Shown piece by piece: positions 9,378 through 18,970 of a stretch of 34,403 bases of DNA. Below the pieces are notes generated by a model, which saw only the letters and a program-made list of their open reading frames with translations, was not told the DNA's origin and did not search any database. The position numbers and the translations under genes are program-made. The first letter of the stretch is position 1. Every line of letters starts with the position of its first letter. The stretch comes from Myxococcales bacterium (lineage in GTDB: Bacteria; Myxococcota_A; UBA9042), in contig JBBISH010000066.1 in NCBI GenBank assembly GCA_037441385.1, forward strand, positions 1 through 34,403, in the 5' to 3' direction.

Positions 9378-10514
9378 ATGATCACCGGCTCGCCGTCCAC
9401 CGCCCTTGCCGATCGCCGCGTCACCGTCATCGGTGGCGGGGTGGTGGGGCTGGCCGCGGCAGCGCACCTGGCCCAAGACGGGGCGCAAGTGGTCGTCTTG
9501 GAGCGCGCTTCTAGCCTGGGTGCGCAGACCTCTGCGCGCAACAGCGGTGTGGTGCACGCGGGCCTCTACTACCCTACCGGCTCGGCCAAGGCCCGGCTGT
9601 GCGTGACTGGTCGCGCCCATCTTACCCAGCTCATTGAGTCGGGTCAGGTGAACGGGCGGATGGTCGGCAAGCTGATCGTGGCGATCGACGAGGCGCAACG
9701 ACCTGGCCTGCAACGGCTGGCCGAGCAGGCGCGCGCCAATGGCAGCCCGCCCCTGCACGAGTGGAGCCAAGCGCGAGTTCGCGAGTTCGCGCCCCGCGTT
9801 CAAGCCGTTGCGGCGCTCTGGTCGCCGGGGACAGGCATCGTCGATCCCCACAGTCTGCTGGCTTGGTACAAACGGCAAGCGCAGGCGCGCGGTGCGGAAG
9901 TGCTGGTCCGGCACAGCGTGGTGGCGGCCGAACTGCGCGGCTCCGCATGGCAGCTGCAGGTGCGGCAGGCCGATGGGGCCCTGACGGGCTTGGAGTGCGA
10001 CGCCGTGGTCAACGCCGCCGGTCTGCAGGCCGATCGCGTGGCGCGCTTGGGGTGCGCTGCACCCGACTTGCCGCAGCACCGCTTCGTCAAGGGCAATTAC
10101 TTCGATCTGCTAGGACCTCCGCCGGCCCCCTGCCTGGTCTATCCCTTGCCGATGGCGCACTTGCTGGGCCTGGGCACCCATTTGACCTTGGATCTGGGCG
10201 GCCGAGCGCGTCTGGGCCCCGACACACAGCTCGCGACGTCGGACGACGACCATGCGGTCGATCCTGCCCGCAGCGAGCAATTCTTCAGCGCGGCCAGCCC
10301 GTTCCTGGCCGGCCTGCGGCCCGAGCAGCTGCGACCTGGCTTCGCCGGAATTCGCCCCAAGCTCGCCACCGATCGCGCGGCCGACTTCTACATCCAAGAG
10401 GAATCGGCCCGCGGCGCGCCCGGTTGGGTCAACTTGCTTGGAATCGAGTCGCCGGGCCTGACCGCGAGTTGGGCAATCGGCGCCGCCGTCGCGGACCTGA
10501 TCGCGTCGGCTTGA
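9378..10514 (+). CDS. L-2-hydroxyglutarate oxidase (LhgO)-like FAD-dependent oxidoreductase
   Basis: GGGVVG, TSARNSGVVHAGLYY..GSAKARLC, TGIVD, VNAAGL, KGNYF, LVYP, GIRPK, GIESPGLTAS. Confidence 0.85.
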   Translation: MITGSPSTALADRRVTVIGGGVVGLAAAAHLAQDGAQVVVLERASSLGAQTSARNSGVVHAGLYYPTGSAKARLCVTGRAHLTQLIESGQVNGRMVGKLIVAIDEAQRPGLQRLAEQARANGSPPLHEWSQARVREFAPRVQAVAALWSPGTGIVDPHSLLAWYKRQAQARGAEVLVRHSVVAAELRGSAWQLQVRQADGALTGLECDAVVNAAGLQADRVARLGCAAPDLPQHRFVKGNYFDLLGPPPAPCLVYPLPMAHLLGLGTHLTLDLGGRARLGPDTQLATSDDDHAVDPARSEQFFSAASPFLAGLRPEQLRPGFAGIRPKLATDRAADFYIQEESARGAPGWVNLLGIESPGLTASWAIGAAVADLIASA

Positions 10515-10573
10515 TACACACTCTGGGCCGGGCCCGGAGAGTTGCCAGAATTTGCGATCCAAATCGGACGGAA
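10512..10573 (-). repeat. Degenerate copy of repeat family A lacking the long hairpin module
   Basis: Reverse complement TTCCGTCCGATTTGGATCGCAAATTCTGGCAACTCTCCGGGCCCGGCCCAGAGTGTGTATCA aligns with the left module and the terminus of the 12284 and 33825 copies. Confidence 0.7.
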
Positions 10574-10585
10574 TGGGTCGGGGCT

Positions 10586-12118
10586 CTACCCGCGCGACAC
10601 CCATGCCAGCAAGGCCGCCACGACCAGGGCCAGGGCCACCGCGGCGACCACTGGCCAGCGCGAGGCGGCCTTGGGCTCTACCACGGGTTGCGCCGTCTCG
10701 GACCGGGGCGATTGGGCCAGCGGATCCCGGCGATCCACGTCCAGGGATTCGGCCAAGGGCGAGGACTCGCGACCGGTGTCGGGCGTTGGCGGTGCTGGCG
10801 GCGCGACCACGGACTCCGCCTGGCTGGGCCGCAGCAAATCACGCGACGTGGCCGACTCTTGGCCCAGGCGGGGCAGCGCCATCATCCCATCGGTGGGCGT
10901 ATTCTCCGAATCGAACTGGTCGAATTTCGCCGCCAACTCTTGCGAATCGATCGTCGCAACCTGGATCTGCAGCGACGTGGGGCCCGAGGCCGGGTCAACC
11001 GAGGCCCGCGAGCCGCCCAAAGGCACGGTAGTCCGCGGATCGTCGGTTGCGGCCGTGGAACCTGGCGCTTGCAGGCTGCGCCCCGCCTCTTCCAGCGAAC
11101 CTGGGGCGACCACCATGGTGTCGCTGATCGGCCGGGCTTGCGGGTTCAACTTGCGGCGATCACAAGCCTTGAGCAGCTCGATGCGCAGGGCATCGGCGGT
11201 GGGCGGCCGCTGCGCCGGGTCTTTTTCCAGGCAGCGCATCACCACTTCTTCTAGCGCAGGGGGAATCGCATCGGTGCCGGGTGGGCCAATCAGCGCGGGC
11301 GCACCCTTCAAAATGTGCATGCGCAGGACTTCGGCGGTCGTGCTGGCATCAAACGGAAGCCGCCCCGACAGACACTCGTAGAGCACGATGCCAAGCGAAT
11401 ACAGATCGGCCGCCGGCCCCACCGGACTGCCCGACGCTTGCTCGGGCGCCATGTACTCGGGCGAACCGACCACAAAACCCGAGCGCGTGAGTTGACCTTC
11501 GGTCACGTCGCCGCGCAGGAATTTGGCCAGACCGAAGTCGAGCAGCTTGGCAAAGTCGTGCTCGCCGGCCACGTCCTGCAAAAAGATGTTGTCGGGCTTG
11601 ACGTCGCGGTGGACGACGCCCTTGCGGTGCGCCTCTTCAAGTGCCTTGCACACCTGCGCCACGATGTGGACGACGCGCACCGGCTCCATGATCGGCTCGC
11701 GGCGCAGCACGTCGCTGAGCTTTTGCCCGACCAGGTACTCCATGATGATGAACAGGGCCTTGGTGCGCGAATCGCTGCCAAAGTCCACCACCCGAACCGC
11801 ATTGGGGTGCGCCAGCAGGCTGGCCGCGCGCGCCTCGCGGGTAAAGCGCTTGACCTCGATGGGGTCCGCAGCCAAGTCGCGCCAAAGCACCTTGATCGCC
11901 ACGGATTGCAGGGTCTCGCGCTGCTGCCCACGGTACACGGCGCCCATGCCGCCCACACCAACCAGATCGTGGACTACATAGTGATCGAGCAAGACATCGC
12001 CGCGGTGCAGACGGCCGGGGAACTCGGTGTCGGCGCGAATGACCTCGGTAGGGCACGCATCGGTGTCACACGACAGGGCGTCGGTGCGCAGGCCGCACGT
12101 TGGACAAATTCGCCACAC
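10586..12118 (-). CDS. Hanks-type Ser/Thr protein kinase with N-terminal zinc-ribbon-like segment and C-terminal membrane anchor
   Basis: GVGGMGAVY, VAIK, HRDVKPDN, DFG, GSPEYMAPEQ, DLYSLG; CPTC...CDTDAC; terminal TM helix. GTG 12118 follows GGAGG (the ORF track uses TTG 12133). Confidence 0.92.
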   Translation of the reverse strand: MWRICPTCGLRTDALSCDTDACPTEVIRADTEFPGRLHRGDVLLDHYVVHDLVGVGGMGAVYRGQQRETLQSVAIKVLWRDLAADPIEVKRFTREARAASLLAHPNAVRVVDFGSDSRTKALFIIMEYLVGQKLSDVLRREPIMEPVRVVHIVAQVCKALEEAHRKGVVHRDVKPDNIFLQDVAGEHDFAKLLDFGLAKFLRGDVTEGQLTRSGFVVGSPEYMAPEQASGSPVGPAADLYSLGIVLYECLSGRLPFDASTTAEVLRMHILKGAPALIGPPGTDAIPPALEEVVMRCLEKDPAQRPPTADALRIELLKACDRRKLNPQARPISDTMVVAPGSLEEAGRSLQAPGSTAATDDPRTTVPLGGSRASVDPASGPTSLQIQVATIDSQELAAKFDQFDSENTPTDGMMALPRLGQESATSRDLLRPSQAESVVAPPAPPTPDTGRESSPLAESLDVDRRDPLAQSPRSETAQPVVEPKAASRWPVVAAVALALVVAALLAWVSRG

Positions 12119-12283
12119 CCCGATGACCTCCAAACTCGTCCCGTGGCGCCCCGTTCGCTACGGCTGAACCAAGCTCACGCCGCCCGCCGGTCGCTGGGTG
12201 GGCGAAGTATACGGCGCCAACTCGCGGCGCGCCAGCAACATCCCCTGCCCGACCACGCAGGTCAAGGGCGTGCGCGCCACACC

Positions 12284-12421
12284 TTATACGAACCCCGTCT
12301 GATTCACGCCCGTACGGCTTCTCTGACCCGGTCTGCAACCGGCGAGAATCAGGCGGGGACCCCGGTTCGGGCCCAAAGAATTGCCCGAGTTTTCGATCCG
12401 ATTCGGACGGAACTGGTACTA
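12284..12421 (-). repeat. Repeat family A, full copy with one hairpin module; MITE/REPIN-like
   Basis: About 15 differences over about 130 bp (manual alignment) from 33825-33954, in the opposite orientation; stem CCCCGTCTGATTC-A-CGCC / GGCG-A-GAATCAGGCGGGG; imperfect terminal inverted repeats. Confidence 0.9.
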
Positions 12422-13726
12422 CTGACCGCGGGCAAAGGTGTACCCGTCCCACATGGCATCTTCCATCGAGGCGTACACCCAGCTGCCATAGCGACCACGC
12501 GACGCCACACCCGCCGCCGCAAGATAGTCCAACACGGTCTGGCGGCTGCCAAAATAGTGCTGATCGAACACGACGTAGCCGTAGCGAATGTGACGGATCT
12601 GCTCGACCTCGACTTCGGAGTCGTGCTGCAACCAGCCGTGATCGCGCAAGAACTGCCGCACAGAGGCGACCACCTCAGCGTCACTCGCGCTGGAGTTGGC
12701 CGCCACTTCCACGTACAGGCTGCTCTTGCCAGCCGGCGCCAGGCTGGGCACGGCGTTGCTAAAGGATCCAATGCGGTAGAAGGGGTACTGTGGCTCGGGC
12801 ACGTACAGCCACTGCACGTTGTCCAGCACGTCCGGCCTGGCGACGCCCAGGTTCATGTAGCGCAAGGAGGTGCAGCGCAATTTCGCCGTCGCTTCAGTCA
12901 CTTCAGCGGGCACGTCGCGGACGACCTTGACCAGTTCGGGCAGTGGCAGCGAGGACAGCAAGCGGCCCCAGCTCAGCGCGCGCCCGTCGGACAATTGCGC
13001 GGTCTTTTTCTGCAGATCCACGGCCACGGGCACCGTGTTCAACGCCACCTTGTCGCCCGGCACATGGGCGGCGATGGCTTTGGCAAAAGTCTCGATGCCA
13101 CCGGTGCGCGGATACACAAAGCTGGCGTTGTAGCCGGCTTGCTCGTCCACGATTCCCAAGGCACCGGCCAGGATTTGCGACAGGTTCGGTTTGGGCAAGA
13201 AGCGCGTGCACCAGTCCGCGGTGATCTCTTCGGGTGGGCAGCCCCAAAGCTTGCTGTTGTAGGGCACCATGAAGCGCTCGGTAATGCCCTTGCCAAAACG
13301 CTGCAGGCAGAAATCACGAAAATTCGTCGCTGGTTGCGTCTCGCCGCGCGCCTCGGCCAGCGCCGCGTCGATGGCGTCCATCATGCACTGATGCACTACG
13401 TCCAACGGCAGACCGTGCAGGTTTTGTTGGAACGGGAATGGCGTCATCACGCCGTGCGACCAGATGCGCGAAAGCCGCGCCACGCGCAGCATCTCGTCGC
13501 CCATGACGTCGGCCACGAACTGCTTCATCTCGGGGTAGCGCAAGTGCAGCCAATGCCCGGTGTGGTCAAAGTGGTAGCCGTCCACCACCTCGGTGCGCGT
13601 CAGACCGCCCAGGCGATCGTCGCGCTCGACCAGCAAGTAGTCGCCCTGCCCGCCCTTCTGCAAGAAGTACGCGGCGCTCAGCCCGGTCAGGCCGCCACCC
13701 AGGATCAAGTTCTCAACGTGCTGCAC
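12419..13726 (-). CDS. FAD-dependent oxidoreductase (protoporphyrinogen-oxidase/UDP-galactopyranose-mutase-like)
   Basis: ILGGGLTGLSAA, GGLTRT, FDHTGHWLH, PYNSKLWG, FVYP..GG, GRYGSWVY; substrate uncertain. Confidence 0.75.
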   Translation of the reverse strand: MQHVENLILGGGLTGLSAAYFLQKGGQGDYLLVERDDRLGGLTRTEVVDGYHFDHTGHWLHLRYPEMKQFVADVMGDEMLRVARLSRIWSHGVMTPFPFQQNLHGLPLDVVHQCMMDAIDAALAEARGETQPATNFRDFCLQRFGKGITERFMVPYNSKLWGCPPEEITADWCTRFLPKPNLSQILAGALGIVDEQAGYNASFVYPRTGGIETFAKAIAAHVPGDKVALNTVPVAVDLQKKTAQLSDGRALSWGRLLSSLPLPELVKVVRDVPAEVTEATAKLRCTSLRYMNLGVARPDVLDNVQWLYVPEPQYPFYRIGSFSNAVPSLAPAGKSSLYVEVAANSSASDAEVVASVRQFLRDHGWLQHDSEVEVEQIRHIRYGYVVFDQHYFGSRQTVLDYLAAAGVASRGRYGSWVYASMEDAMWDGYTFARGQ

Positions 13727-13750
13727 TGGCTTTCTCCGCGGTCGGTAGCG

Positions 13751-15004
13751 CTACTCGGGGCCCGTGCCGATCAGGTGGAACATATGGCCCATGCGGTCGC
13801 GTTTAGTAAGCAGATACCCCAAGTTGTCGGCCGTAGGCGGCACTTCGATGGGCACGCGCTCGGCCACGTCGATACCCAGCCGCTGCAGGGCCCAGATCTT
13901 GTCGGGGTTGTTGGTCAGCAGCCGCAACCGCTCCATGCCCAGGTCGCGAAGAATCTGCGCCGCCACCGCGTAGTCGCGCTCGTCGGGCGCAAAGCCCAGC
14001 GCCACGTTGGCCTCGACCGTGTCCTTGCCGCGATCCTGTAGGGCGTAGGCGCGGATCTTGTTGATGAGGCCGATGCCGCGGCCCTCTTGGCGCAGGTACA
14101 AGACGGCCCCGTAGCCGTCGTTCGCCACCAGTTCGAGCGAGCGTTGCAGCTGGTCGCCGCAGTCGCAGCGGCGCGAATGCAGGATGTCGCCCGTCAGGCA
14201 TTGGCTGTGCAGGCGCACGAGTGGCAGACGACCGGCGTCGCCGCCCTGCTTGAACAGGGCGATATGGGCGGTCCCATCCACCTCGTGGGCGTAGATGCGG
14301 ATGCGGAAAGGCCCAAACTGCGTGGGCACGTCGCCCTCGCGCACGATGCGAATCAGACGCTCGTGGGCCGCGCGCCAGGCTAGCACGTCGGATACGGCGA
14401 CCAAGGGCCAGCCCAGCTGAGCGGCAAACTGCTCGCCTTGATCCGCGCGCGCCTCTTCTACACCGTCCAAGACGTGCGAGATCAGCGCCGCCGGGTGCAA
14501 TCCTGCCAGCACCATCAGATCGTGGGCCGCCTCGGGACCCAGCGGCGCATCGAGCACGCCGCGCGCGCCCACCACGCAAGGCATGATGTGCCCAGGACGC
14601 ACAAAATCCTCAGCGCGGGCCGTGGGATCGGCCAGCTGCCGCGCCGTCAGAGCCCGGTCCTCGGCCGAGATACCGGTCGAGACACCGATGGCCGCCTCTA
14701 CGCTGACGCCGTAGTGCGGCATCCACGCAGGGGCCCGGCGCCGCTCTAGGGCTGCGCAATCCAGTTGCTTGGCGCGGGCCGCCGTCAGCGTCACGGTCAA
14801 GATCCCGCGGGCGTCGCCTGCCAGCAGGTTGACCGAGGCAGGCGTGGCCATTTGCGCCGGGACCACGGCCCACAACGCGCGGCTGCCACTCAAGTCTTCG
14901 GCCACCAGTACCGGCTCGCCCAGGCGCAGGCGCTCCAAGGCGCGCGCGGTGGCGATCTCGGCGTTGGAAGGCGACTGGCCCAGATCCGAAGGGGAGGTTT
15001 CCAA
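13751..15004 (-). CDS. ribA: RibBA-like protein: intact GTP cyclohydrolase II plus degenerate DHBP synthase domain
   Basis: GCH II motifs [38 protein letters not shown]-half has the RibB fold ([14 protein letters not shown]) but no RENEGD or RxGHTE. Start is approximate (TTG 15004); the ORF-track extension to 15691 is antisense to yebC. Confidence 0.85.
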   Translation of the reverse strand: METSPSDLGQSPSNAEIATARALERLRLGEPVLVAEDLSGSRALWAVVPAQMATPASVNLLAGDARGILTVTLTAARAKQLDCAALERRRAPAWMPHYGVSVEAAIGVSTGISAEDRALTARQLADPTARAEDFVRPGHIMPCVVGARGVLDAPLGPEAAHDLMVLAGLHPAALISHVLDGVEEARADQGEQFAAQLGWPLVAVSDVLAWRAAHERLIRIVREGDVPTQFGPFRIRIYAHEVDGTAHIALFKQGGDAGRLPLVRLHSQCLTGDILHSRRCDCGDQLQRSLELVANDGYGAVLYLRQEGRGIGLINKIRAYALQDRGKDTVEANVALGFAPDERDYAVAAQILRDLGMERLRLLTNNPDKIWALQRLGIDVAERVPIEVPPTADNLGYLLTKRDRMGHMFHLIGTGPE

Positions 15005-15029
15005 GGTGTACTGCCTGGTTGCTTGTGAG

Positions 15030-15092
15030 TTCGGGATCCGGAATCCGGACTCCGGGATCCGGCTCGGGCTCGGGCTCGGGATCCGGCCGGGC
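15030..15092. repeat. Intergenic 6-7 bp microsatellite-like tract (TCCGGRA/TCGGGC units)
   Basis: TTCGGGA TCCGGAA TCCGGAC TCCGGGA TCCGGC TCGGGC TCGGGC TCGGGA TCCGGC CGGGC. Confidence 0.8.
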
Positions 15093-15250
15093 AGTGTCGC
15101 AAAGTGGCCATGGGGCGTCAAACCGCGGGCCTCGGCCTCTTTTGCCAAGTTCGTCCGCATGCTAGACTTATGCCCCCTCGCGGCCGGCCCCTGGGCAGCG
15201 CCGGCGCACCGCGAGCGAAACGCCCCACCACGCATCCGGAGCATTTGGGT

Positions 15251-16006
15251 ATGAGCGGACACAATAAATGGAGCACGATCAAGCACAAGAAGGGTAAGGC
15301 CGACGCGGCGCGCGGCAAGGTCTTTACCAAGCTGATCAAGGAAATCACGGTGGCCGCCAAATTGGGCGGCGGCGACATCAACGGCAACCCGCGCCTGCGC
15401 AAGGCCGTTCTGGACGCCAAGGGCAACAACATGCCCGCCGACAACATCACCCGCGCGATCAAGAAGGGCACCGGCGAACTCGAGGGCGTGGCCTACGAAG
15501 AGCTGGTCTACGAGTGCTATGGCCCCGGCGGCACGGCGATCCTGATCGACGCCACCACCGACAACCGCAACCGCGCCAACACCGAAATCCGCACGGTAGC
15601 GACCAAGCGCGGCGGCAAGATGGCCGAACCCGGCTCGGTGGGCTACCTGTTCTCGACCGTAGGCCAGATCCTGGTCCCCAAGGCGGGGCAAGACGAAGAC
15701 TCGGTGATGGAGAAGGCCTTGGAGGCGGGCGCCGCCGACATGTCGGCCGAAGACGACGACGACAACTACGTGGTGACCACCGAGTTCGCCGACCTGTGGC
15801 TGGTGCGCGATGCCCTGGAGAAGATGGGCCTGCCGATCGCCGACAGCAAGGTCGCCAAGGTCGCCGGCACCACCATCACATTGTCGGGCCGCGAGGCGGA
15901 AGTCATGATGGGTCTGATGGAAGCCCTGGACGACCTGGACGACGTGCAGAGCGTGTGGGCCAACTTCGACATCGACGAAGCCACACTTGCCGCGATGGAA
16001 GGTTGA
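15251..16006 (+). CDS. yebC: YebC/PmpR (TACO1) family protein
   Basis: [55 protein letters not shown]. Confidence 0.95.
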   Translation: MSGHNKWSTIKHKKGKADAARGKVFTKLIKEITVAAKLGGGDINGNPRLRKAVLDAKGNNMPADNITRAIKKGTGELEGVAYEELVYECYGPGGTAILIDATTDNRNRANTEIRTVATKRGGKMAEPGSVGYLFSTVGQILVPKAGQDEDSVMEKALEAGAADMSAEDDDDNYVVTTEFADLWLVRDALEKMGLPIADSKVAKVAGTTITLSGREAEVMMGLMEALDDLDDVQSVWANFDIDEATLAAMEG

Positions 16007-16049
16007 TCAGCGACCGGGCGGCGATCCCACCGACCGACAGGAGAACTCC

Positions 16050-16979
16050 ATGAATCACCTGCACATCCGGATCGCCGCCGTGGCTGCGCTGGCGCTGGCG
16101 TCCATGGCCCAGACGGGCTGCAAAGGCTGCGCGAAAGAGCCCACCGAGCCTGCCGGCAAGCCAGCCGCCGTCGACAAAACCCCTGCACCGTCGGCGGGTT
16201 TGCCTGCTCCGGCCAGTGCCGTCGACGCTCCGGCGCCGGTCTCGCCCGAAGTGTACCCGGGCCCCCGGTCCGAAAGTCTGGACGGCTGGCGCATCACCAC
16301 CGGCTTTGCCAATGCCAAGGACGAGGCGCAGTCGCAGCCCACCGCGGTCGAAGACACCAAGGTCTTTGTCACGGTGCTCGACGACAAGTCGCGGCCGGTC
16401 GGCAGGCTGACCAAGCTAGAGCGCGCCGAGTTGCACTTGTTCGTGGTCGCGCGCGATCTGCGCCATGCCCGCTATGCTTTTGGCAACGGCCCGGTCAAAG
16501 AGGGCGCGGACGCGCGGGCGGCGACGATTCACATGCCCGGCGGCGGCGACCACGCGATGATCGCGGTGTTCAAGCCAGAAGGCGGCTCGGCGCGGGTGGT
16601 TTCGGCGCCGGTGACGGTCAAGGGCGTGCTGCCCGAGGTGATGGGCCCGGGGCTGGGCAGCCTGGGTCCGCGCGCCAAGTCCGAGGCCGAGCACGTAGCG
16701 CTGTTGTCGACTCCCTCGCAGATCATCGCCGGCAAGCCGGTGGTGCTGGCCGCGCAGGATCTGGACCCGGCCGACAAGCCCAAGGGCGACCTGAATCTGC
16801 CCTTTGTGGTGGTGCTGAACGACCAGATGGGCTGGGGCGACGTGGTCGAGTGGGACGCGCAGGGCAAGGGCACCTGGATGCCGCGCCAGCCGGGCGACTA
16901 TCTGGTCCTGGCACCGCCGACCCGGGGCGCCACCGCGCTGACCTTCCGTCTGCACGTCGACGCGCCGCCCAAGCAGTAA
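16050..16979 (+). CDS. Hypothetical lipoprotein with beta-rich, probably Ig-like, domains
   Basis: ATG 16050 with RBS AGGAG; signal peptide ending QTG-C-KG-C; Pro/Ala linker; LHLFVVARDL. Confidence 0.65.
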   Translation: MNHLHIRIAAVAALALASMAQTGCKGCAKEPTEPAGKPAAVDKTPAPSAGLPAPASAVDAPAPVSPEVYPGPRSESLDGWRITTGFANAKDEAQSQPTAVEDTKVFVTVLDDKSRPVGRLTKLERAELHLFVVARDLRHARYAFGNGPVKEGADARAATIHMPGGGDHAMIAVFKPEGGSARVVSAPVTVKGVLPEVMGPGLGSLGPRAKSEAEHVALLSTPSQIIAGKPVVLAAQDLDPADKPKGDLNLPFVVVLNDQMGWGDVVEWDAQGKGTWMPRQPGDYLVLAPPTRGATALTFRLHVDAPPKQ

Positions 16980-17021
16980 CGATTCATCAAGCACAGCTTT
17001 ACAAATAGCGACCAGGACGCC

Positions 17022-18305
17022 ATGAACCTCTTAGACGATCTGCGCTGGCGCGGGCTGCTGCACCAGGTGACCGACGCAGACTTTGCCAAGAAAGCCCTGC
17101 AAGAACAGAAGGTAACGGCCTACATCGGCTTCGATCCCACCGCCGCCAGCCTGCACGTGGGCTCGCTGCTGCAGATCGTGCTGTTGGCGCGTTTGGGGCG
17201 GGCGGGCCACACGCCGATCGCCGTGGTGGGCGGCGGGACGGGCCGCATCGGCGATCCCTCGGGCAAAACGGCCGAGCGCAAGCTGCTGTCGGACGCCGAC
17301 GTGACGGCCAACGTGGCCGCGATCCATGCGCAAATCGGCGCGATTCTGGACAACGCCAGCGTGCAGGCCCTGCGCATCGACAACGCCGACTGGCTGTGCA
17401 GCCAAGACCTGATCGGCTTCTTGCGCGACGTGGGCAAGCACTTCAGCGTCAACGCGATGATCGCCCGCGACTCGGTCAAGAACCGGCTAGAGGCGCGCGA
17501 ACAAGGAATTTCGTATACGGAATTCAGCTACATGCTGCTGCAGGCCTTCGACTTCGTCGAGCTGTACCGACGGCACGGTTGCATGGCGCAGTTTGGCGGG
17601 TCGGACCAGTGGGGCAACATCGTCTCGGGCATCGATCTCATCGACCGCCTGGAGCGGCGCGCCGACGGCAGCCTGCCGCATGGGCCGGCCTTTGGCGTCA
17701 CGGTACCCCTCGTCACGACGAAAAGTGGCCAGAAATTCGGCAAGACCGAGGCCGGCGCGGTGTGGCTCGACGCCAACCTGACCAGCCCGTACCAGTTCTA
17801 CCAGTTCTGGATGAACAGCGACGACGACGACGCGCTGCGCTACCTGGCGTACTTTACATTCATCAAACAGGATGAGTACGAGGCGCTCAAGGCCGCGCAC
17901 CTGGAGGCGCCGCATCACCGGCAGGCCCAGCGCCGCTTGGCCGACGAAGTGACCGCCCTGGTGCACCCGCAGCAACTAGCGGCGGTGCAAGCGGCGACCA
18001 GGGTGCTGTTCGGCGGCAATCCGCTGGACGCGGATCTGGCGACGCTGCAGGTGCTGGAGCGCGAACTGCCCACCTGTACGCTGCCGGCCGACGCGACCGT
18101 GGAGCAGTTGCTGGTGGGCGATCAGCGGCCGTATGCCAGCAATGGCGAGGCGCGGCGGGCAGTTGTGCAAAACGCGGTGACGATCTCGGGCCAAAAGTTC
18201 ACCGGCGACCTGCGCGCGCCCGTGCCGGCCGAGGCCTGGCTGCGCGACCGCTATGTGCTAGTGCGCAAAGGCAAGAAAGACTGGTTCCTGGCCGCGCGCC
18301 CATGA
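17022..18305 (+). CDS. tyrS: Tyrosine--tRNA ligase
   Basis: YIGFDPTAASLHVGS, IGDPSGK, EFSYMLLQAFDF, QFGGSDQWGNI, KFGKTE, C-terminal S4-like VRKGKK. Confidence 0.97.
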   Translation: MNLLDDLRWRGLLHQVTDADFAKKALQEQKVTAYIGFDPTAASLHVGSLLQIVLLARLGRAGHTPIAVVGGGTGRIGDPSGKTAERKLLSDADVTANVAAIHAQIGAILDNASVQALRIDNADWLCSQDLIGFLRDVGKHFSVNAMIARDSVKNRLEAREQGISYTEFSYMLLQAFDFVELYRRHGCMAQFGGSDQWGNIVSGIDLIDRLERRADGSLPHGPAFGVTVPLVTTKSGQKFGKTEAGAVWLDANLTSPYQFYQFWMNSDDDDALRYLAYFTFIKQDEYEALKAAHLEAPHHRQAQRRLADEVTALVHPQQLAAVQAATRVLFGGNPLDADLATLQVLERELPTCTLPADATVEQLLVGDQRPYASNGEARRAVVQNAVTISGQKFTGDLRAPVPAEAWLRDRYVLVRKGKKDWFLAARP

Positions 18306-18880
18306 TCTGGACTCGCGACCGCATCCGCGCGGCGCTGGCCGATCCGCCCCCGCAGCAGCTGCCGCTAGACGGCGACCGCGCCTCGGCCGTGCTGTTGCCA
18401 ATCTTGGCGCGATCCAGCGGGGCGTCGCTGCTGATGGTGCGCAAGTCGCTGCGGCTCGCCAAGCACGCCGGGCAGGTCGGCTTTCCGGGCGGAGCGCTGG
18501 ATGGCGCCGAGACGGCCGAGGCCGCCGCCCTGCGCGAAGCCTTTGAAGAGGTGGCGCTGCCGGCCGATCGCGTGGAGATGCTGGGGCAGCTGGACGACGA
18601 GCGCACCTGGGTCACCGGATTTCATATTCGCCCGCTGGTGGGCTGGGTTGCGGATGTGCCGCCAGCCTGGCAGCTCGACCCCTACGAGATCGACAGCGTG
18701 CTGGAAGTGGGCGTCGAGGAACTGGTCGAGACCGAGCCCTGCTCGGTGCTGGAATTCGCCGCCTATGGTCAGGCGTTTGCCATGCCGCGCTGGGAATTCA
18801 GCGGCGGCCGGGTGGTTTGGGGCGCTTCTGGGCGTATCTTGAACAACTTTCGCCAGCGGTTGCTGCGCGTCGCCCGATGA
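18302..18880 (+). CDS. Nudix hydrolase, CoA pyrophosphatase (NudL/PCD1) subfamily
   Basis: SAVLLP, HAGQVGFPGG, AALREAFEEV, VWGASG; ATGA overlap with tyrS. Confidence 0.88.
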   Translation: MIWTRDRIRAALADPPPQQLPLDGDRASAVLLPILARSSGASLLMVRKSLRLAKHAGQVGFPGGALDGAETAEAAALREAFEEVALPADRVEMLGQLDDERTWVTGFHIRPLVGWVADVPPAWQLDPYEIDSVLEVGVEELVETEPCSVLEFAAYGQAFAMPRWEFSGGRVVWGASGRILNNFRQRLLRVAR

Positions 18881-18970
18881 CGCACCCTACGTTTCCAGTT
18901 GAGTCATGACGCAGCGTGTCATAGACTTGCGCCGTGGCCGCGCCTCAGCCGGCGTGGCGGGAGCATTCCC

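Noticed and set aside
11315..14041. 908-aa plus-strand ORF
   Set aside because: Antisense shadow of the kinase, flavoprotein and ribA genes caused by high-GC codon bias; no domain motifs.
15005..15691. Long N-terminal extension of RibBA in the ORF track
   Set aside because: It overlaps yebC on the opposite strand and crosses the microsatellite, so it is not a credible coding region.
15251..16979. yebC not followed by ruvCAB
   Set aside because: This synteny is broken in many lineages, so it is not informative.
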